The translations under genes were made by a program, and so were the position numbers. Below the pieces are notes generated by a model. It made no database searches. It had not been told where the DNA came from and saw nothing but the letters and a program-made list of their open reading frames with translations. This document shows positions 13,688-27,316 of a stretch of 64,000 nt of DNA, piece after piece (positions within the stretch are counted from its first letter, which is position 1; each line of letters begins with the position of its first letter). Source of the stretch: Microbotryum violaceum (lineage: Eukaryota); NCBI GenBank assembly GCA_001244265.2, contig CDLV01000007.1, forward strand, positions 620,001 through 684,000. Direction: 5' to 3'.

Positions 13688-16600
13688 TCAGACCGTGGCC
13701 ATGGGCTGCGGGACTTCAAGAACAGGCTGGAACGTCTCCGTTCTAGCCCTTTGCGCCGCACGACCAATCACAGGCGTCGAAATCTCCCCAGACAGGGACA
13801 TGACATCCTCACTTTCGGCGGCTTCGAGTGCTAGCGCAGAAGGTTTGCGTTTCCTCCCCGTCGTTCGAAGGTCCGTAGAAGCGACCGGTGTCGCCGTCTC
13901 GATGGGGCCAATTAGAACATCCATCGGCAACTTGCCGGCCTTGTCGGAGCGTTGCTTGACGCGAACCAACATGCTTGACAACTTCTCGTCCGAGAACTTG
14001 AGGCGAAGTTGCAAAGGATGCTCGGCGTCGACGTTGGTGATGGACTGGTAATGGTCGAGGCAAGCAACTTGCTCCATGTCGTGTGAAAGCACTTGCGAGA
14101 GGTAGCACAATACCTTACATTGCGCGCATTGGTACTCCTCTTCGTCCAACTCGGTCGGATCGACACCTTGGATAAGACCGGGGAGCAATCGACGTAACTT
14201 TGCACGACCCGCGAGTTCACGTTCCACCATCTCGCGATATGAAGGCAGCAGCCAACGCGACGCTCGGGGCCCCTTCTCATGTTGCGAGATCGTGACCAGC
14301 AATTCGTCGTGTGAAAAAACTGGATTTTTTCCGATCAAACGATACCTCTCCACGCAAGCGATGCCCGTCGGGAGCCAGTCGGGCAGAGCGAAATTAACGG
14401 CCTCATTGAAGTTGAAGCCGTGGTTGAAGCCTGAATGATAGGCGCGCGGAAAAGTGATGACGAACTCGTTCGGCCGCTGATCGCAAGCGCAAACTCGCAC
14501 ACCGTGCTTCTTCAGGCGACCGGGTGACATGAGCGTGACGAGCTGCCACATCAGATCGGGGTGCTGGTCGAACAGCTCCGGGGCTGCGAGCTTCATCGCC
14601 GCCTCCAGCTTCTCATCGTCGTCACCGGGGATGCCGTACCACGTCTTGGTGTCGCCAAAGTGGTGGTAGTTGATGCTGATGAAAGCGAGCACACTAGTGT
14701 CAGATGAACTGATATCTCGGCTACGACAGACAGTTAATCAAACTCACGAGTAGGTGTAATGATCCTCCTTGTGCCAGGCGAACGTCGAAAAGACCATCCC
14801 GATATAGATCCAAGGAATTGTCATGCCCGAAATGTCCGACTTGATGTACCTCAAGAGCGACCCGGCAAGGATAGGCAAGTTGTTGAGGTTCCATCCATCA
14901 CGCGAGTAAGGATCACTTGGATGGATCTCGAGATTCGGCAATCCACCCCCATCGTTCGTGTGGTTGACATCCGCGCCATACTCAATCTCGACCGTTTCGT
15001 GTGGTGATTCGACGAGGCGCCAAAATTCGCGTTCAAAATGGTCCTCGACTGCGATCTGTTCGGTGAACTCGTCCACCGGTGGCGGTTCGACCGCCTCGCC
15101 CTGCGCATTGACGTACGCGTACCCTTTGGCCGGTACAAAGTCCTTAGGCTTAGCCTTCTCCTTCGGCATCGGATGTTCGAGCAACCACTTGCGCTTAAAG
15201 GCATCCGCGCGCTTCTGGAACGAGTACAGGCTGTGCTCTTCCCCTTCATCGAATCCATAGTCGGCTCCGTTCTGCAGCAGGCACGCCTCGCAGAAGAATT
15301 GCGATTTCGGCACCTCGGCGAGCGGAGGCGAAAGGCAGTCGAGGTGAAATCCGTGATCGCAGCCGTCGCACAAAACGATACGATCCGGCTCCTTGTCTTT
15401 AGAGCAGATCTCGCATGCTTCACCCGGCGTCTCCTTCTCCGAAGCCTTCTTCTTGGGCAATTCGCTTGAAGATGGGCCGCCCATTTTCACGTCGCTCCCA
15501 TTCTCCGCGCTCGCTTTCCCCTGCGCCTGAGCAGCCGCCGTCGTTTCCTGCATCACTGCATTGAACATCTCCGAAGCCGAGGCGATGACGGAGTCGGCAA
15601 CACTCCCTTCGGCGGGGTTGGCACCATTCGTAGCCGGTACCTCTTCCGCAGCAACACCATTCACGGGGATCGTCGACGTAGCGCTGGCGGCGGCCTCGAA
15701 AGGGTTCGTCGCGGCATCCACGTTCACCGCGCTCGGATCTGGTGGTGGGGTCCCATCACTCTGCTTGACGCGTTTGACGTAGTCTTCGAAGGGTAAAATG
15801 ATCTTGGAGTAGCTCGTCTTGAGTTGCGTGCAGATCGTATTGTTCAGCGAGGTGTTGTAACCCATAGATTTGCCGACATAGCTCCACTTGCGTTGGGAAG
15901 ACACGGCGTGGTAGCCCCCGAGCATTGTCACCTCTCGCTTGAGTTTGAACATGTCGATTGGCTTGCCTGCAATCGTCGGAATATGGATGCCAACCGAGCC
16001 TTGTTGACGATGGAAAAGGTACAGTTGTTCAAGGAAATTAAGACTCGCTCGTGCGGTCGCTTCCATCGAGTTGAGCTGCTGCAGGCGTGTCCTGAAACGG
16101 AAGGTCTGCATTTGCGAGGAGTGTGTCACAAAACGCGGCGACATATTAGTATTATACTCCGTCGATCTGTAATACGTACGTGCCAAACTGACCTCGGTAT
16201 TGAGTGCAAAAGGGGGTCTCCACCCTTCCGGTGGGACGACTTTGCAAATGCCCCACTCTCTCGCCTCGAGCGCAATCTTCTCAATGTACTCCATCGGTTT
16301 AGCAAACTCTTCGATCGTGGGATGAAACACGGGAGCATGTTGGAGACCAAACATGCGAGCGGGGCGCGAACGAGGTCGAGCCGGTGGATTCGGCAACCTC
16401 GGCGCATGGGTCCGGATCGTCGAAAAATCCAGAGGTGGGGCGCGGGGCAACTCGGCGGTATACTTGCGAACGGGGTTCTTGGACCTCGATGGTCCACTGC
16501 TGTGATGGGCGTCGTGTGAGGTCGAGTTCGAAGCGGCGTCGTCATTGTCCGAACCGGCGCCGTTCTCCGACGGAGCGGGTGCCGGGTGACTTCCTGAGCG

Positions 16601-17167
16601 AGCCGCGCTCGCGCCAACACCACCACTAGGGCCGGCGCCATTGCTGCTGGTCCCGCCGCCGTAAAAGGAAGTCGAGCCGATTGCAGCCCCTGTCGGAGCC
16701 GAAGCGTTCGAGCCGGAAGGTTTGACGGGTGAAACGATGACTGAAAGGGCTTGGGCTTGTTCTTTCGCCATTGCGAGCGCGGCCAAGGCATGGTTTTTAC
16801 TGGCCCGGCCTCCTGCTGCCCCCCCAGTGGCCAAGGCAGCGGCAGCAGGGGGAGCGGCGCCACTTGCGGCTACACTGCCGTTCGTCGACATTGTCGCCGC
16901 GCTCGACGAGGGATCCGCGAAAAGTTGTGAGGCCGTGGCGGAGTCGTGGGAAGCCAAAGGCGATGTAGAACCTTTGGAAGAGCCTTGTCGAGTATCATGG
17001 GCGTTGTGGTCTATGCTCGTTGCAGCTTCTGCTCCGGATGCAAGACCGCTCGAATCGACGCTCGCGCTATCAGGCTGAGGGCCAAAGCGGGTCGAATCAT
17101 CGAGCTTGATATCGAGCGACGAAACGAACGTTTCCCTCGGACGCGCGTAGCCAAACCTCGACGACAT
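13688..17167 (-). CDS. KDM5/JARID1-family H3K4 demethylase (JmjN-ARID-PHD-JmjC-C5HC2)
   Basis: JmjN APVFHPTIEEF...GICKVVPP. ARID IDMFKLKREV...GG. PHD CEIC...CDGCDHGFHLDCL. JmjC WHKEDHYTYS|INYHHFG...AYHSGFN. C5HC2 CAQCKVLCY...CLDH. Start codon uncertain (17167 or ~16891). Confidence 0.95.
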
Positions 17168-18189
17168 AATCACCTTCTTTTCCGATCAACCACAGGGCCA
17201 AACTTGAATGTGAAAAGCACAAGCCCGTCGCCGGAAAAAGGGAGCGAGGGCGTGGGGTCGCTCGCCAAAGCTAGAAAAGACTTGAGAGATGCTGGGCCTG
17301 CCCGAGTGAACGGCGGTAGGAAGGCGTAAAAGGGAGGCAGGCTCGTCGAACCCGCAAAAGCTTCGAGTCGCCACGAGTCGATGTAATACCTTTGGACGCC
17401 GGCACGGGGGTGCAATCGAGTCGGGAGATGTTTTCCACGAGCCAGGTCCGGCTCGAAGACGTCCAAAGTCGATGCAGAGTGTTTTTCTCTGGGCGGGGGT
17501 GGGAGGTCAGAAGACGAACCGATCGACCGGCGAGCGGGCCACGCGATTTCGAGCCCGGCCTGTCACTGCCTGTCACTAGCCCCGGCCTGTCACGCCCAAA
17601 CTCTCGAGACAGACATTTCAGCTTTGGACCGACTCGACCGATAAGGACTCGGACCCTACAGCGCCCAAAACACCCTACACTCTGGCCTGTTGAGGTCAAA
17701 GGCGTACTCTGATAGCCACAAGCCATCCTTGTCGGACCAACAAGCTTTGCAACCTCCTCTCTCTGATCGCGTCGCATGGATGCAGGGTTCGCTTCGCAAG
17801 CATGCTCCGAGACCACGTCACCCACCTAGCTGGCACGGAAGGTGATTTGTGGACACTCGCCCAGAGTAAGGTACTATAATTGCAACAACAAGACGACGGA
17901 ATCGAGAGCTCTGTTCAAGCGAAGCCGAATCCCGACTTTTGAGATACCCCCTTCTGAGCCCACCAGTCGCGCCCGATGCCGACCTTCTCACAAACCTGCA
18001 GAAAGTCGCTGCGTCGCAAGCTCGCGTCGACGAGGGGGACGAAATCCTCCATTTGGGTCAGGCCGAGTTCGGTGGTGGCTAATGCTGAGGTGGATGGGTC
18101 AGGTCGAATCGTCGCCGCGATTCTGTCACAGCGGTTGCAGCGGAGAAAGAATCGAGCGTCAGTCGTACGCTGCGCGGGACAGGATGAGG

Positions 18190-19419
18190 CTAGCAAACTG
18201 ACAACACGGGACCGAGAATAGTTTGCTCGGCCGTCGTTGTGCTTTGGTGTTCAGACCAACACCCGAGTCGAGTCAACACCTCCATCGCGATCTCGTTCTT
18301 AAGAAAGGCATCCGAGCGTCCGATCGAGCAGTAGACGTGCACTCGCAGGTCACGAGGGACGAGCTCGTCCTTGATCGTCTGTGCCGGGCCACCGAAGGGC
18401 AGATCGATGTGACGGTTAGCTCGCTAGACTCGTCTCGAGAATTCACCTTTCCTCATTCACTGACAAGTTCTATCGTAGTGAGTCGCGAAAGGTTGTTCTC
18501 TCGCCTATGGGATCGTGTGATTGCAGGCGTTTGAGCGCTCTTCTTGGAATCTTGTCAGGTGACACCGGGACTGACTTGAATTCACGGAAGATGGTAAGCG
18601 GATCAAACGTCCTGAACGCGGTGCGGTTCTCGGTCAAGCCAGCCAACCGGTGTTGTACGACGTAGTGACACTGTAAGTATGAAAAAGGGCGAGCTGCAGC
18701 CTAAGCACACTGAGCATGGTCGAGAGCTGGCACGAACGAAGCAGCAGAGATGGTGCCCCACATTGTGTTCCGTGTGGCATCCAGTGGTCGCAGAGTGCTG
18801 GAACGCATTGAGGTGGCCTGTTTAGAAATTGCAGAGCAATTAAATCACCCTGAGTTGGTGACACCACTACTCCGCCCCGAAACGCACGCCACTCACTCAA
18901 GAAGGTCGACTTCCATCTACCCCTCCTGATATGGACGTGCTCGGCGTACCAAAAATCGACCTCGTCCACTGCCAGTTCCAGCTCTTTGCGAACGACGCTT
19001 ATCGCAAATCTCTCTCTCGCCATTACGCTCCAATCGTTTGAAGGTAACCTCGGCAATTCCATCTGGAGCAGCATGCCCCTCGTCAACTGGGACAAAACCT
19101 GGACCCAAACCGGCCTGGGGACCAACATCCCGATCGACCAATCGTAACCTGCGATGCCACCCAACATATCCCATTCGCGCTTATAATCTTCAGCCGCACA
19201 CGAGAGTCGAACCTCCCTGGGTGGATCATCGACGTAGACGACGTTGGCTTGGCATTCGATTGAGCAGCGCAAGAGAGGGAAAGCCCATTGCATCGAGTAC
19301 TTGAGCGTGTGACGAACCCACGATGACGTACGTGCGAGCGTGAGCGAACTGGGTAAGGTGCAGAACGAGAGGATATATGCCAGTAGTTCTGGGGGGAGGT
19401 CTTCCAGTTGAAAAGGCAT
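18190..19419 (-). CDS. F-box-like protein (3' end approximate)
   Basis: N-terminal MPFQLEDLPPELLAYILSFC...LARTSSWVR is an F-box signature. Downstream exons are poorly defined. Confidence 0.65.
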
Positions 19420-19682
19420 GATGGGGGTAAGGGAATAAGGGGTAAGAGTAAAACAAGGAGCGGTAGCCAACTCATAACAAGGAAGCTCGCTCGGTCATCC
19501 GAGAGCCGGTCTATTTTGGGCACTACCTAGGTCTCTCGGCGATTAGCACCTCATCGCGAACAAAAACCTCTCAAAGGTGCTGCGTATTTGGGTGTAGGCA
19601 CTAGAGGTGGGTATATGGCAAGGAAAGAAAGAATCCGGGGAACTACACCACCGGAAACTACGCCATGTGTGATGATGAACGC

Positions 19683-20535
19683 TCAGAGGCCCAATACCTG
19701 AGCATCGACGGCATCGGCCTTCCTAGCGTACGAGACCCAGAGCCAGATCAACCCAACCACGACAATGACCTTGAGAAACCCCGACCCAGGCGTACCCTCT
19801 CCTCCTGCCCCTGCCCCTGCTGCCGGTGCTCCCGAGAGTGTATGTCCTGATCCAGGGAATACGGGTCCACCTCCTGCGGAAGACGAGGTGTGCTTTCGGA
19901 TCGCGGCTTCCAGACCGGCTGCGTTGGCGCCTCTGATCTCGTCCAGCTTGGATCCGTTCTTGGTCAGGACGAAAGTTGGCACTGATTGAGATATTCTCAT
20001 GTCAGCATATTGCCCTGTGCGCAGTTGCGCCCCGATTCGGAAGAAAGTCAACGCCGAGCTCGGTGGGACGTGGCGGCCCAACTTCGGGCTCGGGCTCAGC
20101 ACCCTGGGGTTCAGGAGCGGGCGAGCGATGCTGTCTCAAGCGACGTACTGGCTCGGATCGAGTACTTTTGAGAAATGTCCTTGGCAGCATCGACGTTGAC
20201 TTTGCAGAAGGTCGCGTCGCGATAAGTCTTGGAGAGCTGGTCGAACTTGGGTGCGATCGCATGACAGGGGCCGCACCATGTTGCATGGAAGTCGATCTGT
20301 GCGAGAGGATCTGAAGAACGTCAGTCTCACAGCAGAGGACGTTTTCGGCATCGGCTAGCTCATGCGATGTGCACATATTATGCGACGATGCTGTGTTGGG
20401 GGCACGCCAAGTGTGAAGTGGGGAGGCGGCCAGGATGTGCTCAACGCCAACACTTACGACGACGAGCTTGTCCTTCTTGGCTGCGATTAAGCTGTCATGT
20501 TCGGCGAGCGACGAGAGGTGGGTGATGAGAGACAT
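19683..20535 (-). CDS. Thioredoxin with C-terminal SHP-box-like motif and transmembrane tail
   Basis: Spliced MSLITHL...KLVV|IDFHATWCGPCHAIAP...KVNVD...|PTFVL. It continues with FPGSGHTL and hydrophobic FLKVIVVVGLIWLWVSY. Confidence 0.9.
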
Positions 20536-20865
20536 GGGGTGTGACGTTTGTGCGCTTGTATTTGTGCATGAAAGTGGAGTGTAGGCGGTCAGGCCGGTCA
20601 GGACCCAAGCCAAGCCGATCGTCGCCGCGCTCGGGCCCCTTGATTGCAATCTCACACCGGCAGACGCTGGCAGACGCCGGCAGACGTTGCTGCTTTGAAA
20701 GGCTTTCAACGGCCCAAATTGGTCACCGTTCACGCGACCGCTCTTCTCCTTGGCTTGTTTCCCCTCGGAGGTCCGAGGAACAGAGTGGAACAGAGCCCGC
20801 AGACTGAACTCCTGCACCACTCACCACTCCAATCAAGCGTTCTTTGGGCTTGTCACTCCAACTCG

Positions 20866-23800
20866 ATGGAGTTGCTGCTCACCCGAGCCGAACCGCGGCA
20901 GCTCATCTTGGCCACGGCGTCGCATGCGCTCGTGCTATGTGCCGTCTCGTCCGGAAGCGGCGCTGCGGTTGGCGACAGGGGCACCAAGACTGCGACCGCG
21001 TCTGCTTCGATCGTCGTCGAGTTGATCCCGAGGGACCAGGTCTCGAGTCAAGCGACGCTCATCAACCCCGTCATTCATGGTTGTCTCGGTTTGCTCAGCG
21101 TAGGCAATGGTCAGTCCCTCCTCGTCACCCAAACCGATGACGTCGCTAGGGCCAACCAGCACCCACCCCGTCGTGTGTCCAGCGATTGGATCGGGACACT
21201 GACATGAACTCCTTTTGAGCGTGAAACAGATACCTTTGTACCCATTGTCACGCACTCGACCACGCTCGGCACCTCGCATCGCTCCCTTGCCAATTTTCTC
21301 GGATGCGAACCCGTCTCGCGAATTCTCTCGGTCGAATTCTACTGCCTCAACTCGGCCGCGTACGATTACTTTCATGACCCGGCAGGTGCCGCGTACTCGG
21401 CTTATGCGCGGGGTGATCATCTCCCTACCAACTCGGCCTACCATGCTCCTGGAGATGCTTCCGGTTCGATGGCCGATAGCAACTCTTTCGGCCTCGGACG
21501 AATCGGCTCGTCCGGGATGTCGATGCATTCTCATTCGTCGACGACGAGCGTCGGGGAACCTCTCGAGCACCCCTGCGCGCAGATGAAGAAGATCCTCTGC
21601 TCGGGTAGCTTTTACTTTTCTGGTGGAGGCGTCAAGACCTTTGACCTTTCGACGCGGCTGCAAGCGAGGTTGGCCAAAGCCGAAGCAGAGAAGCACAGGG
21701 GGAGTCTCGACGACGACGATTCCTTGCTCGGCGGGGGTAGCGCCTGCAGCGTCAATACTCCACGCACGATACATTCTGCAAAAGGAAAGGAAGCCGTTGT
21801 TGAGACGTCGTCTCTGGACTCGTCGATCGACAAGCGCTTTCTGTGGAACACCTTTGCCATCACCCCATTGCTCGAGTTTCGCGACTCGTGGCCGTTCGAG
21901 GTCCGGCAGCAGCTCGATCAGCAGGGATTCCTCATTCTTGCCATACAGGGTTACTATGGTACCTATGATCTCGCGTTGAGCGGACAACCAGCGACGGTCA
22001 GCTTGATCTCGCGGTTGGGATGGAAGAGGGCTGGAACAAGGTTTAACGTCCGAGGCATTGACGACGAAGGCAGCGTCGCCAATTTTGTCGAGGTCAGTGC
22101 TCCTTGCTGAGCCGGCTGAGCAAGAAAAGAGACTGATCCAATGATCTTATCTACGTAGACGGAGACTATTTTGCGAACATCAACGATGTGCTTCTCTTTT
22201 GTCCAAACGCGAGGCTCGGTGCCGCGTAAGTCGCTTCCTCTCGGGCCATTTCCCTAGCGGTGAGCTGATCGCTTCCTGTTGAATATCCGCGTCCAGTCTT
22301 TTGGGAAGAAGGCGGTGCCAACCCACTCGCCCCGAAAATCAGCATCACCCGACCCCCCGAAGCCTCCCTTCCAGCTTTCATCCGACACTTTGAAGAACTC
22401 GTCGACACCTACGACGCAGTGCACATCGTCAACCTCCTCTCGCATCGTGAGCAGGAAGCGGCCCTGACGGACGCCTACGCCCAGCACCTCGCGACGGCGC
22501 AATCCCTCGACGAGAACATCAGAGACCGGGTTGATTTGACGGCTTTTGATTTCCACTCGAGGAGTAAAGCTGGTGGGATCGAGTCGATTCGGAGCTCGTT
22601 GAGACAGATTTTGGGGAAGAAGGAGGAGGAGTTCGGGGCTTGTATTGTCACTTTCGAAGGGCACGGAGATCCCCAGGTGATTACGGGTCAACGAGGGGTG
22701 TTTAGGACGAATTGCAAAGGTCCGTCGTGCACTTCCTATGTCTAGGGACGAAATCACTGATTTTTTTTGCGGTTTGTTCAGATTGCCTCGATCGAACGAA
22801 TGTCGTCGAGGACTTCATCTCCCGCTTCGCCCTCGAGGATTTTGTGCGCAAAAGTGGACCAGCAATGCGAGGCGGTGACGCAGCGCTCTGGTCCTGCCAT
22901 GGTCAGCTCTTTGCCGAGAATGGCGACGCCCTTTCCAAAATCTACGTCGGGACGGGAGCGATCAACACAAGCTTCACCAGAAGTGGCAAGAGCGGATTTG
23001 CAGGTCTGTTGTCGAATGCGACAAAGTCGGTCGGGAGGATGTATCAGTCGCAGTTCGTTGATAGTGGGAAACAGAAAGCGATCGATGCCTTCTTGGTGAC
23101 TCGGATTCAAGCGTTGCCATGAAAGCGAGCTGGTGCTGATAATACTTCTTCGTCTTGTAGGGTAATTTGGCCTCGTCGAAACAAGTGCGCGTTTTTAACC
23201 CCGTCAATGATCTCATCCGCACCCGACTGCGCGAGCGCTCTTCGGAATACACGACTTATGAACCCATCACCTTCTTCGTCGGGACCTACAACCTCAACGG
23301 CAAACCCCCGGGCAATGAATCTTTACTTCCTTGGCTATTCCCCATCCCCGACGCCCCTGAACCAAGTATGATCGTCATCTCGTTCCAAGAGATCGTCCCT
23401 TTGACGCCTCAAATGATCATGGCGACCGATCCGGAGAAGAAACGCAAATGGGAAGCCCATCTGCTTAGTTCGGTAGCGCAGAGATCGAATCCGCAGGGGG
23501 ATTACATCCTTTTGAGGTCGGGGCAGTTGGTCGGAACCGCGTTGATCGTGTTGATCAAGAAGGAGATTGCGCATGAGATCAAGGGCGTTGAAGCGGCGGT
23601 CAAGAAGGTCGGTGGAATTTTCACCCTCCCTTGCCGCTGATTTCTATTGACGCTTTACTTCGATTGCCTGTGTTCTGAGCAGACGGGCCTGAAGGGTATG
23701 GCCGGCAACAAAGGCGCGGTGGCAATTCGCCTCCAATACCGCGATACGACGTTCTGTTTCCTCACGGCGCATTTCGCGGCGGGGTATTCGAACGTCGACG

Positions 23801-25051
23801 AGCGCAACGCCGACTTTTTCACTGTCGAACGAGGCTTGCATTTCAGTCGCGGAAGGACGATCGCGAGTCACGAGTGAGTTTGGTATAAATTGTCTTTATC
23901 CAGATGAGAGCTTGTCGCTGATTGCGTTTTCTCGCACGCCTCGTGCTCGTGCAGCAACGTCGTCTACGCGGCGGATACAAACTACCGCATCTCCTTACCC
24001 AACGACCAAGTGCGATCACTGGCCGAGGCTGACGACTATACGACGTTGCTTGAGGCTGACCAGCTGGGTCAAGTGATGCGCACGCGACACGTCTTTGAGG
24101 GCTACTCGGAGGCTCCTATCTTGTTCCGACCTACTTATGTGAGTTGCTCGACGAGCTTTCTCCTTCTCGTCCTTCTTGGGATCTAGGACTGAATTTTGAA
24201 CGACCTTCAACGTCACAGAAATACGACAATTATTCCGACACTTATGACTCTTCGGAGAAACAACGCGTCCCCGCCTGGACCGATCGAATTCTATACCGCG
24301 GACGAGACCTCGATGTCACGCGCTATCAACGCGCCGAGCTAAAGGCATCAGACCATCGACCCGTATACGCCATATTCCAAGCCCAGATCCGATCGATCGA
24401 TCATTTCATTCGTGCGACGTTGAGGAAACAGCTCTCGGAGGAGATTATGGCGGTGGATAAGGGGGATACGTTGGACGACAAGTTGAGGAGGTTGACAACA
24501 AGGGATTCGGAGACGCCAGCGGAACCGTTGTTGGTGAATGGTTCGGTCCCGGCGAGGTCGAAGGGGTTTCCACCGCCTTCAGATGATAAGCAGGCTTGGT
24601 GGAATGATCGAGGTACGTGCTGAGGACCCCGGCGTCAAAATATGTGCATCATCGCGGAGCTCATCTCTCTCCGCTCGAATATTCGGCAGATGGCAACTTG
24701 AACCTCGATACCGATTCACTTGGCTCAAACCCAATTATCAACGGGACGAACCCATTCGCGTCTGGCTACTCGCAGTCGAGTCCTCAAATGAAAGGAAAAC
24801 CCACCGTGCGACGGAAAGCCCCACCGCCGCCGCCGAGTTCTCGGCCGACTCTGAATACGACGCCTTCCTCCACGACGAATTCGACCATCGCGCCTACATC
24901 GTTCGGTCCTCTCACGTCGGACAGCCCTTCTTCGTCGGTCCCTCCGCCGATCCCGAGGCGGCCTAACCAGGCACCGCTGAGCAAGTCTTTGCTGGATGAT
25001 GACGAGACGATGGCGAGTGGAGAGGGGAATGGATGGCAAGTTATCGAGTGA
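20866..25051 (+). CDS. Synaptojanin-like phosphoinositide 5-phosphatase (Sac1 + 5-phosphatase domains, Pro-rich tail)
   Basis: Sac1 motifs RFLWN, AGTRFNVRGIDDEGSVANFVE, FRTNC|DCLDRTN. 5-phosphatase motifs GTYNLNG, GNKGAVAIR, DTNYRI, RVPAWTDRIL, SDHRPV. Confidence 0.95.
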
Positions 25052-25309
25052 GGAAGTGCATTTTGTTTGAGTAGATGCACGTATAGGTGTTTCTTGTATC
25101 TTCTTGTTGCTATTGCGAGTGCGAGAGTTGACCGCGGACCTAGATGAGGCTCAGGAGGGACAGTTGTGCCAGCACCATGACCGCCTTGCGCTGGGACCGC
25201 CTGGAAGCCGGCGGCGCAGAGGTGCGAAGTGGGTCGAAAGTACGGCAACGGCTGATCTCGCTGTGTCTCCCACCTTGCCGCTCAAGCGCTACCCTATCCC
25301 GCCACAACC

Positions 25310-26171
25310 ATGCTTGCTCCATCGTCTCGAATCGTCGGGCGACTTGGTCTGCCCATGACACGGTTCGTGTCCCATTCGAGTGCATCTACATCAGCAGCAA
25401 CAGCGCCGTCCTTGCCCGGTACCTCGAGCGACTCGTCCCCTCTGCCCGCCGCATTCCGAGCCGCCGCACAGACGCCAGGATTTTCCTCCTCGAACTCGAC
25501 CCCATCTTCATCCTCGACGAACGCCCCCTTCAACTTCCGATCCTCGCAGTCGAACCCTTCTTACCGGCCGCTTCCAACGCTGCGAGGACAGCGAGCACCG
25601 ATGCACAAGTATCGCCTCAGCGTCTACTCAACCCGCAACAACACCATCCTCACCCTCACCACCAAGATTGGCACCACTGCTTCCTCCTCTTCATCGGGTC
25701 CCTCCACCTACTTCGAGGAGTCGTCGGTCCAAGCGATGGCTGACACGGCGATGATGACCGATTCGGTCGTCGCTTGGGTTTCGGCCGGATCAGCCGGGTA
25801 CAAGGGAGCCTCACGAGGCACCTACGACGCCGCGGTCGAAGTCTCGATCAAGATGTTCAACAAGATCCGTCAACTCGTCGACCCCGTCAATGCAGTCGAT
25901 GCGGGGATGAGGAAGAAGAACGCGTGGCCGCAACCGACCGAGCTCGAGGTCGTGTGGAATGGCTTTGGCCAAGGACGAGAGGCCGTGTTCAGGACGCTCA
26001 TCGCTGGCAATGGGGATCAGGTTCGCGAGTTGGTTAACAGGGTTACCGATGCGGTCCGTTGAGCTTGTTCTGTCTTTGAATCACGCAAAACTCGCTGACA
26101 AATCGCGCATTCACTCGATTCAGACCCCGCTCAAGGTCGGAGGAACGAGGCCTAAGAAGAGACGAGTGTAG
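25310..26171 (+). CDS. Mitochondrial ribosomal protein uS11m
   Basis: STRNNTILTLT, SAGSAGYKGASRGTYDAA, GFGQGREAV, VTDA|TPLKVGGTRPKKRRV. Ser/Arg-rich N-terminus resembles a targeting peptide. Confidence 0.9.
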
Positions 26172-26606
26172 GTTTCCGAGACCTCTCCGTCCGCTGTCGA
26201 ATGCCTGGGCCCCTTTTCGCTGACTTATGGGTGACCTGTTCTCTCTTTCTATCACGCGCACAGTATCTAAGAAATTCTTCGTACTATCGAATGCAATTTG
26301 AACTATCAAAGCCCCGAATCGATTGCAAACGAGAGCGAAGGGATCAAGAGGGGAATCATGAGGCCGAGCTCGGTATCTACTGGACCTGACTGCCACGATA
26401 AATATCTTGCGGCGCAGGGGAGAAGGGTAGAGGGAGAACGAGAAGCAAATGAACAAATGGACAAATGGACAAATGGACAAGGAAATGTGGGTATCGAGGT
26501 CGAACTGGTCAACCCCACACGAGAGGGGGTCTTGTGGAGCCATACCGCAGCTATGTTACTCGCTGGCTTCTTGAACGCTGGCTCGCTTTACGACACCGGG
26601 TATACC

Positions 26607-27316
26607 CTAGGCGTGGATTTTGCCGGAGAAATTGCGGCAAACGATTTTCCTGTCGATCGTACTAGACTTCTTCTTTGGGGCCGTGTTGTGGGAAGGTAAG
26701 GACCACTCGGTGACTCGGAGCTGTGGCATGGGGAGACGTCAGTCAGCTCGTACTTCATCGGCAGAGGAGGGCCCCCCGCCGCTTCGATCGTGGACGGCCT
26801 TGCGAACTTACGGTAACGTTGCGGTATTTGACACTGTTTTCAGCGAAGTACGGGGTGCTGAAGGTGGTAGAGATGGCACCGGTATGGTCACCGGCCATTT
26901 GCACTGCCAACTGTGGCGTGAGAGCCCAGTGTTTCAGGGGGTGGGGGGTCTTTGCGTCAGCTCGTCCGTTGGAATAGGGGAGGCTGAGCCGTTGGACAAG
27001 ACGGGTTCGGGCCACTGGGACACGTCGGTGCGCAAAGCACGCCGGCGATGTAGCTTACCGGGATCGACTTGTCATGTTCTGAAAGCAGCTCGACGTCGAC
27101 CGCGTAGACGATTTTGGGATCGTAGTTTAACTCGAAGGGTATCGGGTGATGGAGCAAGAACGAAGCGTTTTCTGTCGGCTGCGTGAGGTTAGATTTTTGT
27201 GCAGCCGCGCGCTTGATCAACCTGAACTCGGCCTTGGTATCGCCCGCTTCTTGCAATGCCGAAACATTGAGGACGAGTAAGGCGACGATGAGGGTGATGG
27301 TAAGCTTTAACAGCAT
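26607..27316 (-). CDS. Small secreted protein / candidate effector, 156 aa, 3 exons (27316-27059, 26910-26812, 26720-26607)
   Basis: Signal peptide MLLKLTITLIVALLVLNVSA. Canonical GT-AG introns give 86+33+37 aa. Sequence and length match my recollection of Microbotryum effector MVLG_01732 (unverified). Confidence 0.85.

Noticed and set aside
20935-21987. Long antisense ORFs (350 aa here, and similar ones opposite KDM5, rap1 and the LINE)
   Set aside because: These are shadows of GC-rich coding sequence on the opposite strand, with no motifs of their own.
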